From the NCBI RefSeq assembly GCF_018350175.1, contig NC_058368.1, positions 140,680,001 to 140,744,000 of the forward strand: a DNA stretch of 64,000 bases, written 5' to 3'. Made by a program: the position numbers and the translations under genes. Each line of letters starts with the position of its first letter. Position 1 is the first letter of the stretch. Below the pieces are notes generated by a model. It was not told where the DNA came from. It saw nothing but the letters and a program-made list of their open reading frames with translations, and did not search any database. The stretch is from Felis catus. Its lineage: Eukaryota. Below, one piece after another: positions 38,306 through 48,745 of this stretch.

Positions 38306-38995
38306 TGTAGAGGAAGAAAAATAATTTTCCCTCTCTCCTTCTGAGTGCTTCTTGGCTGAGACGCTCTGTAATAAATTATCAAGAGAAGGGTGCCTGGGTG
38401 GCTCTGTCGGTTAAGTATCCGACTCTTGATTTTGACTCACGTCATGATCTCACGGCGGTAACTTCCATGGTGGGCCTGGAGCCTGCCTGGGATTCTCTCT
38501 CTCCCTCTCTGCCCCTCCCCCACACTCTCACTTTTGCTCTGCCAAAGTAAATTACGGAGGAAAAAAAAACAAATACAAGTTTAAAATACATACCTCATGT
38601 ATACGCAGGAAAACTAAGAAACACTCCTGGAAATAGCCCAAGCCCCCACCTTACTATCTTCAGCTAAAGGCAAAAGGTAAACATACATTAAAAAAAAAAA
38701 AGAAGAAGAAGAAGGATGGTGGGGGTGGATGGCGGGTGGAGAGTGCAATTCATGGGAAAGTGGTAAGAGGAAATGTTTGCTCAAATTTGCCCCACCTGGA
38801 ACATAAGCCAGGTGAAGAAGGAATGTCTGATAATAGGGCTCCAGTGTAAAATCTATATGTGTAAACTGCCGTTACAAAAGGATTACTTCTGCTTGCAGAG
38901 CTTGTCCTGTGTCGTTAGTTTCGAAAAATCATCACTTCAAAATAAGCCATATGCCAAAAGGCATATTTTGGAGCATTACACTCTGCTACCCTCCA
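38306..38995 (-). mobile_element. Solo ERV1-class LTR (MER34-like) with a SINE at ~38388-38570
   Basis: TG...CA termini; characteristic end aaataagccatatgccaaaaggcatattttgg; flanks CCAC/CCAG resemble a 4-bp TSD. Confidence 0.65.
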
Positions 38996-40013
38996 CCAGC
39001 TTCCTCCCCAGAACTCATAGCTTTTCTTACTCAGGGGGAAAAAGAAAAAAAAAATGTTTTTTGCTTTTGAAACACTTAACCAATTGAAACTATAACTTCA
39101 TTTTTGTATATCTGACTCCTTGACTTTGATGTATGTCTAGTCGTGTTTCCACTATTAAAAAATGGTATTGTTGCAAGGTTTAGAGTCCGTGCTACCTTGA
39201 ACTGTACTTTTTAGCACCTAGACCTTAAGCAGCATTCTAGCTCCTCTCGAACAATGTGTCCTAGTCATCTCCAAGAGAGGGAAAACCTGTGCATACTTAA
39301 TATTCTGGAAGTTTGTGGTAAAGAAAGAGACCACCTCATTGTGACCCTTGTCTGACCTGACATGTCTCCCTTAAGTTATTGAGAGACCAGAACTGTGACG
39401 ATACACACATAGTGTATGTGTGTGTGGTTGAGTTCTAATTAGAGGGGCTATTCATGATGCAATTTTTAAAACTTTGGCTGCGGTTAAGTAGGGATTTGTG
39501 GTACTCCTCAAATGTCCCCAGAGGTGAACCACAGGACTCTCAATGGTGATAGCTGCCTATATTTTAAGAAATTCTGCTAAGAATGGATGATACACTGCTG
39601 ATAAGCTTTTGAAAACCTATTGCCTCTGTTACTGAAACCTGGATTTAGTAGCAGGTTAAGATAGAGCTCTCAAAATCATCCTCTGAGTTCCAGAGGACAG
39701 AGGCTGTCTTAGCCACTGCTCTAAGTCCAGAGCCTGGCCATGCCTCGTACGTGGTGCAGAGGTGGGGACTCAAAGACTGGATCTGATGGGCTGGGAAGGA
39801 GGCAGACCTCACCACCCCCCTGTCCCTCGGGAGTCACAGTCTTGCTTTAGGTCGGCCCTGCTGTGAATGGAGCAGCTAGTGACCATCTCATTCTGACAAC
39901 GCATATGCTCTCAAGTCAGTCTCCAAATAAAGGGGTTCATACAGATTTTCTAGGTTGCCTCACCCTTGTTTTCCTTAGAGTATAAAACTTCTGACCTAAA
40001 ATGCAGCGGACGG

Positions 40014-40590
40014 TGTGATGGTTAATGTTATGTGTCCATTTGATAGGGCTAAGGGATGCCCAGATAACTGGTTAAAAAAACACTATTTCTGGATGTGTCT
40101 GTGAGAGTGTTTCCAGAAGAGATTAACTTTTGAAGGTGCGGACTGAGTAAAGATCCCTTCACGTTTGTGGACAGGCATCTTCTAATCTGTTGAGAGCTCA
40201 AATACAAAAGGGCACAGGAAGGCAAAACCTCCCGCTCCCCCACCCCCCACCTGGGCCTTCTGTCTCCTGCCTTTACACAGGTTCTCAGGCCTCCGACTCT
40301 GGAATTCACACCGGCAGCCTCAGTCTCAGAATGGGAGTTATGCCATTAGTTCCCCTGGTCCTCATGCCTTTGGGCTGGGACTGAACTATACCACCAGCTG
40401 TTATGGTTCTTCCAGCTTACAGACAGCAGGTTGTGGGACTTCCGAGCCTCTCTAACCATGCGAGCCTTATATGTATTTAAGAGAAGATTTATATATGTAT
40501 ATCTATATGTGTATATCTATATACATGATATAGACAGATGATAGATGTAGACTGTTGGTTTTGTTTTTCTGGAAAACCAAAACTAATACA
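40014..40590 (+). mobile_element. Solo ERVL LTR (MLT2 family)
   Basis: Starts TGTGATGGTTAAT..TATGTGTC and ends CTGGAAAACC..AACTAATACA, matching MLT2 termini; internal TA-rich tract. Confidence 0.85.
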
Positions 40591-40644
40591 GAATATGAAT
40601 AGGAGAAGTAAAAGATACTGAGTTCACCTTATAAAACTGGAACA

Positions 40645-41154
40645 GGGGCGCCTGGGTGGCTCAGTCGGTTAAGCGTCCGACTTTGGCTCAGGTAACGATC
40701 TCCCCGTCCCTGAGTTCGAGCCCTGCGTCCCTGAGTTTGAGCCCCACGTCGGGCTCTGTGCTGACCGCTCAGAGCCTGGAGCCTGTTTCAGATTCTGTGT
40801 CTCCCTCTCTCTCTGACCCTCCCCCGTTCATGCTTTGTCTCTCTCTGTCTCAAAAATAAATAAACGTTAAAAAAAAATTTAAAAAAAATAAAACTGGAAC
40901 AAAAGTTTTTGTAGTTGTTTTCTTTTTATTTTCTTTTTAATTTTTTTATCAATGTTTTTATTTACTTTTGAAGGAGAGAGAGACAGAGCATGAGCGGGGG
41001 AGGAGCAGAGAGAGAGGGAGACATAGAATTTGAAGCAGGCTCCAGGCTCTAAGCTGCCAGCACAGAGCCCAATGCGGGGCTCGAACTCACGAACTGTGAG
41101 ATCATGACCTGAGCCAAAGTCGATGCTTACCCGACTGAGCCACCCAGGCGCCCC
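40645..41154. mobile_element. Tail-to-tail inverted SINE pair (+ 40645-40887; - ~40920-41154)
   Basis: Separate TSDs ATAAAACTGGAACA and AGTTGTTTTCT. Confidence 0.92.
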
Positions 41155-41660
41155 AGTTGTTTTCTTTTTAATAGATACTGAATTTGACCTTTTCTTAGCA
41201 CCCCAACCAAAGGGATAGTCTACCATTCTATCCATGGTGTAATTAGTGGAAATACACATGTTGACCCATTATGAGAGTTTAATTTTATTTCTAAACTCAA
41301 AATACGAATGCAGATTTGTAACAACAAAAGGCAGGAATGGGTCTCGTATTGACTAGCTTGTACCTTGATTACAGACCCATCTGCTTCAAAAACAAATATG
41401 GAGATATCTGCACAGAACCTGGAGTATGTCATACCTAGTTTGAATACAACTTGATTTTATTTCATATGAGATATGAGCCCTGGTATCACCACCATTATCT
41501 TCCAAAAAGAAATTGCTAAGGAAGTTCTTGAATATCTTGTTGTCTTTGGAGGGCTTCAAATAGAGAAGCAATAACCATGATACCTGAAGCAGGTAGATCA
41601 TGTAAAGGGTTTAAAACAAACTGCTTTCATATCATCTTGCGATTAAAATTTTCACCTTTT

Positions 41661-42105
41661 GGGGGCACCTGGTGGCTCAGTTGGTTAAATATCTGACTGC
41701 GGCTCAGGTCATGATCTCACGGTTCGTGGAGTTGAGCCCCCCCCATAGGGCTCTCTGCTTTTCAGATCCTCTATTTCCCTCTCTCTCTGCCCCTCCCATG
41801 CCTGTGCATTCTCTCTCTCTCCCAAAAGTAAACATTAAAATTTTGTTTTCTTTCACCATTTTATGTCACATTTGTTTTATTTTTTTTTTAATTTTTTTCA
41901 ATGTTTTTTAATTTATTTTTGGGACAGAGAGAGACAGAGCATGAACGGGGGAGAGGCAGAGAGAGAGGGAGACACAGAATTGGAAACAGGCTCCAGGCTC
42001 CGAGCCATCAGCCCAGAGCCTGACGCGGGGCTCGAACTCACAGACCGCGAGATCGTGACCTGGCTGAAGTCGGACGCTTAACCAACTTCACCACCCAGGC
42101 GCCCC
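41661..42105. mobile_element. Second tail-to-tail inverted SINE pair (+ ~41661-41841; - ~41877-42105)
   Basis: Second copy is young, with TSD TGTCACATTTGTTTTA. Confidence 0.9.
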
Positions 42106-42329
42106 TGTGTCACATTTGTTTTAAAACAGTATTAAATACCACAAACACTGTAAAAGGATAGCTAATGACTCACACTATTAGGTACCAGGTAAGTTCAAAC
42201 AGAGAAAATAAAAACCAGGAGTCAGTGTCAGATGATTTCAGTATGAATAATGCTGCAGTGTTGAGATTTCACAACTGACCAAAATCAACGTGTTAGGGAA
42301 CCGCTGTAGTGTTTGGTTAGGTAGATTTT

Positions 42330-43433
42330 CTACCTGTGGAAACTGCACACATTTGCTCTAAAACTGTCAACGAAGGGATTTTGGTATGGATGATATGAAA
42401 CAAATAGAGAGAGATCTTTTTCAAAAGCTCTAAGGAGCACACAAATATTAAAGGAATTTTGTAGAGTATGCAAAAAAAAAAAAAAAAAACCCACCAGAAA
42501 ACAGAACATTACCAGCAGACCATAATATAAAATTAGAAATTAATCATAAAGCAGGGCACCTGGGTGCCTTAGTTAAGTGTCCTAGTCTTAATTTCGGCTT
42601 AGGTTATGATCCCAGGTTTGTGGGATCTAGCCCTGTGTTGGGCATGGACTGACTGTGGAGCCTGCTTAAGATTCTCTCTCTCCCTCTGCCCCTCTCCCCT
42701 GCTCGCCCACTCTCTCCCCTTCTGTCTAAAAACAAACAAAAAAGAATTAATCAGGAAGCCAGTCAAAACTTCCAATAATGAATGGATTGAGGAAGAGTTA
42801 GTGAAATTGACAAAATATTTTCACCTGAATTGCCATATATATGCACATCAAAACATACAAAATGCAGATGAAATGTTTACTTGAGGGAGGAGTGAAAATT
42901 AAACTAAGCAATCAGTTCAAAACATTGGGAGAATAATAGTAAATTCAAAGAAAGTAGAAAGAAATGATAAAAAGCCTATGTGAAAATTAATGACAATGAA
43001 AATAAACAATAAAAGCAACAAAACAAAAAGACGGGCATTGGAAAAGAGTCATTTCCAACCTCTGGCCAGATTAATCATGGAAAATAAAGCAAAAATATGT
43101 TGTGTGAAATAAATTGGACAAAACTTCAGATAAAATAGTGTTAGAAGAATAAAATGCTCTATGTACAAAGGCATACTATAAAGAGTTTAAAAAGAATTAG
43201 ATATACATATACAACCAGGTAAATCTAGAAAAATGAAAACTACAGAAGTATTCCTAAAGTATGTTACTCTTTATATAAGTATATAGAACATACAAAGCAA
43301 TACTTTTTTTTTTTTGAAACACAAATGTACCAATGGTACAAAAAAACATGAATAAAAAGGTTACTCTTTTGGGCAGGAAAAAATGAAATCAGAAAAGGGT
43401 ACCAAAAAAAAAAGCCTAACGAGTACAAGATAT

Positions 43434-43507
<74 letters not shown>

Positions 43508-43560
43508 GTTAATGCCAGGTTGTAAGCCCATGGGTATACTTTTCGATGCTTGAAATGTGT
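42330..43560 (+). mobile_element. Ancient L1 fragments (A-rich ORF2 and 3' end remnants), with a SINE at ~42553-42745
   Basis: Strongly A-rich strand with ORF2-like acctctggccagattaatc (cf. KPLARL) and an L1M-like 3' end. Confidence 0.55.
43435..43506 (+). repeat. (TATACA)12 hexamer microsatellite
   Basis: Directly visible, perfect array. Confidence 0.93.
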
Positions 43561-43753
43561 AATTTATTTTTTTTAATGCTTATTTACTTTTGAGAGGGAG
43601 CACACACGCGCGAATGAGGGAGGCGCACAGAGGAACCGAAAGGAGCTCTGGGCTGACTGTAGTGAGCCAGATGCAGGGCAGAACCCAAGAACTTCGAGAT
43701 AACGACCTGAGCCTGAAGTCGGATGCTCAACCAACTGAGCCACCCAGGCGCCC
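43560..43753 (-). mobile_element. Can-SINE
   Basis: Antisense head gagccacccaggcgccc. Confidence 0.85.
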
Positions 43754-43824
43754 TGAAATATTGTGTAATCTAAAAAAACTCACACAAACTATATGAAATC
43801 CTGTTTAGTTCTTTTTATCTCTCA

Positions 43825-44415
43825 GAGCAGTTTTCAAAGTGTGTCCCTCCCACCTGCCCTTGCCCCATCATCTTCAGCATCTGCACCACCTGAGAACTCG
43901 TTAAAAATGCAAATTTTCAGGGGCACCTGGGTGGCTCAGTCAGTTAAGCGTCCGACTTTGGCTCAGGTCATGATCTCACGGTCCGTGAGTTCGAGCCCCA
44001 CGTCGGGCTCTGTGCTGACAGCTCAGAGCCTGGAGCCTGTTTCAGAGTCTGTGTCTCCCTCTCTCTGACCCTCCCCCGTTCATGCTCTGTCTCTCTCTGT
44101 CTCAAAAATAAATAAACGTTAAAAAAAATTTTTTTTAAATGCAAATTTTCAGACCACACCCCAGACCTACAGAATCAAAAACTCTGGAGATGAGGTCCAG
44201 CACTGTGGTTTAACAAATCTTCCAGATGACTCTGATCCATGCTTAAAGTTTGAGAACCACTGTCTTAGAATTACATTTGTCTAAACTTTGGCTAGGCACC
44301 CCCAGACATCACCATCACCTGGGGCTGCTTGTCAAAAATGTAGAATCTGATTTCATAGGTCTGGAATGAGGTTCAGGAATCTGCACTGTGTGTGATAAAA
44401 GTTAAAACCACTGTT
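43825..44415 (+). mobile_element. MER5A-like element containing a SINE (43920-44137), followed by a second MER5-like fragment
   Basis: cagttttcaaagtgtg..cacctgagaactcgttaaaaatgcaaatt..cacaccccagacctac..aaagtttgagaaccactg; SINE TSD AAATGCAAATTTTCAG. Confidence 0.75.
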
Positions 44416-44924
44416 TCCGAAGGTAGGTTTTTAGTGACTGTTCAATGAGCAATCCACAACCTATAGAAAACACTAAAGGGAGGAAGAAAATGCCTCATTC
44501 TGTTCCACTCTCCACCCTTGTTCACTATGTCTCGGCCCCACTGTAAAGGATGCTTCAATCTGGCTAATATACACAAAGAATGAAGCCTGAGTTTCAGCAC
44601 TCTGTGCATTCTGTTCTAATGACTAACCGAAAGAGTGTCCTTTTAAACTTCAGTTTTGTAAAATGGTTAAAACCATTTTCCACCAATGACATAGTTGAAC
44701 TTTTAAAGTGTACTCGTAGTTTTATCCCATTGTTATTTTAAGGATATACATATATATACTTGTATGTGGATACAAACCCTTGAATGATGGACAGAAACTT
44801 TTAACAGGGGTCATCATGGATACATGGTTCTTAGAAGGGGAGGCTGAAGACACTTTTACTTTTCCTTTAATTTCCTCAAACTGTTAGAATTTCTTGTCAC
44901 CTGTATTGATTACTTTTATATTTA

Positions 44925-45320
44925 CACTATTTCACTGATTCTAAAGTGGTCTTCCTTCATGTTTAAACAGTCCTGAAGTTGAGATGTTTCTTACAATCAA
45001 CAGGTATGCCACAGTTTAAACACTGGCAGCATTTTTGTATGGGTGCTTTGTAGTACATAAATTAAAATGAGTCTTTCTTTTTAATGTTTATTTATTTATT
45101 TTGAGAGCGAGGCCAAGCAGGGGAGGGGCAGAGAGAGAGGGAGAGAGAGAGAATCCCAAGCAGGCTTGGCAGTGTCAGTGTAAAACCCCATGTGAGGCTC
45201 CAACTCACAGTGAGATCACGACCTGAGCCGAAATCAAGAGTCAGCTTAACAGACTGAGCCACCCAAGCACCCCTAAAATGAGGCTTAAAATCGATGGCAT
45301 CTTAGGATGTATGAAAAATA
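44925..45320 (+). mobile_element. MER104-like TcMar element containing a - strand SINE (~45074-45273)
   Basis: Terminal inverted-repeat-like ends tatttcactgattctaa ... aatcgatggcatcttaggatgtatgaaaaata; SINE TSD TAAAATGAG. Confidence 0.7.
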
Positions 45321-45639
45321 GTATAAGTTAGGGAGTGAGGAAATACATGATTTTAGGGGTTCACATCTACTCTTGGATATGTTTTCCTTGGAGAATTGAA
45401 TAGGAAAAGATTTTTTTTAAGTAACTATGTATGAGTTATTCAGTCATTTATTGAGCGACTTCTATACACAACAAGGTCCTGTCCTCTGAGAACGATGGGA
45501 GGAATATAGGAAACGAGGCAGTCTCCTCTCTTTTCTCCTAGTTTAAGTGTCAGGGCTCTCACTGGGGAATGACACTCTCAAAGCGAAATTCCCTTTTTAG
45601 AAAGCTTAAACCCAACCAATGACTCTCAAGTAGTTTTAT

Positions 45640-47300
45640 CAACCACATAGTGCAGAACACGCCCGCACAACGAAGAGGAGAAGGGGTTGCAGGTGAACTT
45701 GCCCGGAAAAGGCCGGCTGAGGGTAGCCGTTTCCCGCGGCGGTCTTTAACACCCACCAGATCTGCCTGGGCAGCCAAATCAACCGCGTGCTCCTCCCCGC
45801 CCAGCCCCAGCCGCGACGTCCCCCGGTGTCTGCCACCCTGCGACTCGAATTTGGGCGAACTGCGCCAAACTCCCGTACAATCTTCCCAGAAAGCGCGAGG
45901 GATGCCTTCGGAACACCCGGGCCGCCCTCGGGAGGCAGGCGCCGGAGCCGTGCCGGGGGCGCAGGGAACGCGCAGCGGCCGCGACCCCGGGGGAGGCTGC
46001 GCAGGTGCTCCAGCGCCCGGCGGGGCGGAGAGCGCGGTCAGAGGACAAAAGGTTGCAGCCGTGCGGGGCGGGAGCGGCGAGAGGCTGCGCTCGGGCTCGG
46101 CCTGACGAGTTCCCCTCGAAGTCAGTCCGCGAAACCGTAAGTGCCCCACGCAGGAAAAGACTAACTTCAGCAAATAAAGGGAAACGAATTTGTAAAAATG
46201 TCAAAAAATCTGCCCAAACAGAAAGGCTCCTTCTCATTAGGGGCTACCTTGTTACTGCAGGATAAACTTTGCAGTCCACTCTCCCTAAGTTAAAAAACAC
46301 GAGTCACTTTGAACCTTTCAGCTAAAGACCCAGTTTCCGAAAGGGCAGCAGCGCTCGGCCTGAAGGGGGGGGCTTTGGCTCGGGTCGGGAAGGTGTCGGC
46401 CGGGGCCGTGGGGGCCGGCGCCCCGGGGCGCATCGCTGCTCGGAAGTTCACTGCCGACGCCTTTGCTCCCCAGGAGGGTCATGAGAAGCCAAGGCAAAAG
46501 CTCCCGAGGCCGCGCGGCCCTGTTCCGAGGACCCCGCCGGTCTGAGTCACTGAGAGTTTGTCGGGTCAAAGGCTCCCGGAGGAAAAACTGTCTCGGTTAG
46601 ATTCCCCCGCCGGGCAGTGGCCGGCTGCCGGGACCGGGGCAGGGCGGGGCGCGCGGTGCGGCGCACCGCGAGAGGCCGGGTCGCCGAAGCCGGGGACAGC
46701 GGAGCGGCGGCCGAGGGGCTCACGGAGAAGGGGAGGGGGAGGGGAGCGCGTGGCGGGCGGCCAACGCCTGGACGCGCACACTCGGCGCCGGGGGGCGCCC
46801 TTCCCCGCTCGTGCGCCTTGGCTCCTGCGCGCCCGGGTTCCGCCCCCCGCCTCCGCCTCCGCCTGCGCCCTCGGAGAGCCACCGCACACGCCACCAGACA
46901 CTCCGGCCAGTGGGGCGACGCGGAGCGTCCTCCCTCTATCTCCGGGCAGTGAGCGCTCTGCCCGCCCGCGCGTGCGCCCCGGCGGGCGGCTGGACCCCGC
47001 GGCGAGAGGGAGAGCGTAGGGAACCCGAGCCGCTCGGAGGCGGGGCCGTCTGCCCGAGCCGCGCGGAGCCTCGGGACAATGGGGCCGCGGCGGCTGCTGC
47101 TGGTGGCCGCGGGACTCAGTCTGTGCGGCCCCCTGCTGTCGGCCCGAACCCGAGGCGGCAATTCCGGTGAGAGCTGCCCCGGTATTCCCTCCCTGCTCGT
47201 TGTGGGCCCAGCAGCCAGGGACCCCGCGGGAATGGAGCGGGCGGGAGAGGGGACCGAATGGGTACAGGCTGCGCTTTCCCCTCGACGGCGGTGCCCTTGG
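45640..47300. promoter_or_regulatory. F2R: CpG island / F2R promoter (two lobes, ~45640-46150 and ~46340-47300)
   Basis: Abrupt rise in GC and CpG density upstream of and over exon 1; GC box GGGCGG 46642-46647, AP-1-type TGAGTCA 46543-46549, E2F-type TTTCCCGC 45730-45737, GAS-type TTCCCAGAA 45883-45891; motif function not verified. Confidence 0.88.
47079..47166 (+). CDS. F2R: F2R (PAR1, thrombin receptor) exon 1: signal peptide
   Basis: Good Kozak context acaATGG; MGPRRLLLVAAGLSLCGPLLSARTRGGNS; donor G|GTGAGA at 47167; 88 nt, phase 1. Confidence 0.95.
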
Positions 47301-48314
47301 CCGCACCCTTTGTCTCAGGTTGTTCCAGAAGCCAAGCAGCTATTTGAGCTGAGATCCAGAGTCTCCCCCAGTCATATCCCGGCGGGGATTATGAGCCATG
47401 CTCCTTTGCACTTGGTTTCGGAGGATGCAGCCTTCTGGAGACGTGGTGTTGGATAGGGAGGAGGAAGAGGTGGTCACATTTTCCTGGGGAAGCCTGAGGC
47501 CCCTGGCCCCTCGTTGCTTTTGTTGCCACTGTGTGACCTGTTTCTCCCAGGACCGCCCCAAAAAGAACGGGTCTTGGGTTGCTCCACCAGTCTACGTTCT
47601 GGCCTTTTCAACATAAAGTGGAGAAGCGCTCCCGCTGAAGTTTTGTTTTGCTGGAATTGTTTCTCTTGCACATATTACAGGCGAGGAAAATGGTGTGGAG
47701 AAAAGCTAAGTACTGGGGACTTTTAGTAGAAAATCAATATCAGCAGCTTCTGACACGGGCCGTGTGTATGGGGAGGTGCTCATGGTGCGGAATGTATGGT
47801 GATAACAGGATAGCCACAGGATGGCAGTGGCAGCGGCCTCAGTGATGGTGCTGGTGGCTGGGAGGTTTTGTTACCCAGAACCCAGTCTTCCAAGTGAGCT
47901 GAGGAAAGAGAGATCCTCTCCCCAGAACCTGGCTCCCTTGGACACTATGGGAGTTCAGTATTTCTGTTTCTGGCATGCTGCAAGGAGGAGGTTGCTTACC
48001 AGAATATAATTCTCGCCATTAGTGTGTATTTTTAAGTATCTGGCTGCTTGACCAAATAAATGTATTTTCCAAACTCCCCTCACCCCCAAAAAGCAGGACA
48101 GAGAAGTTGTTTTTAACTGGTAAAGACACTAGTTTGAAGCTGAGGGGGGTTCTTCATAGCGATAGTACTTCATAAGCTTTTAGCCCCCTCCCCCCCCCCC
48201 ATTTTTTTTCATGTACAAACAGATTCTAGCTGGATTTCTTATGGGTGACAGATTGAGTATTTGACATTGTTTTCACACTGGAACCTAGTGTAGGTGCATC
48301 AAGAAAAAGGTGGT

Positions 48315-48745
48315 GGGGTGCCTGGGTGGTTCAGTTGGTTGAGCATCCTACTCTTGGTTTAGACTCAGGTCATGATCCTAGAGTTGTGTGATCGTGCCTC
48401 TGATGGGGCTTCTTACCAACAGGATGGAGCCTGCCTGGGATTCTCTCTCTCCTTCTCTCTTTGTTCCTCCCCTGCTCGAGTTCTCTCTCTCCCAAAATAA
48501 ACAAATAAACCTTAAAAAAAAAAAAAAAAAGAAGAAGGGGCACCTGGTGTCTCAGTTGGTTAAGCATCCGACTTCGGCTCAGGTCATGATCTCACTGTCT
48601 GTGAGTTCGAGCCCCATGTTGGGCTCTGTGCTTTCAGTTCAGAACCTGGAGCTTGCTTTGGATTCTGTGTCTCCTTCTCTCTCTGCCCCTGCCCACTCAC
48701 TCTGTCAAAAAATGAATAAACATTTAAAAAAAAATTTTTTTTTAA
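48315..48745 (+). mobile_element. Two tandem Can-SINEs in F2R intron 1
   Basis: Heads at ~48315 and ~48537; the second directly follows the first A tail. Confidence 0.9.

Noticed and set aside
45559..47306. Many long Arg/Ala/Pro/Gly-rich ORFs on both strands
   Set aside because: Expected stop-codon scarcity in a CpG island; no recognisable domain. Only 47079-47166 matches a known protein.
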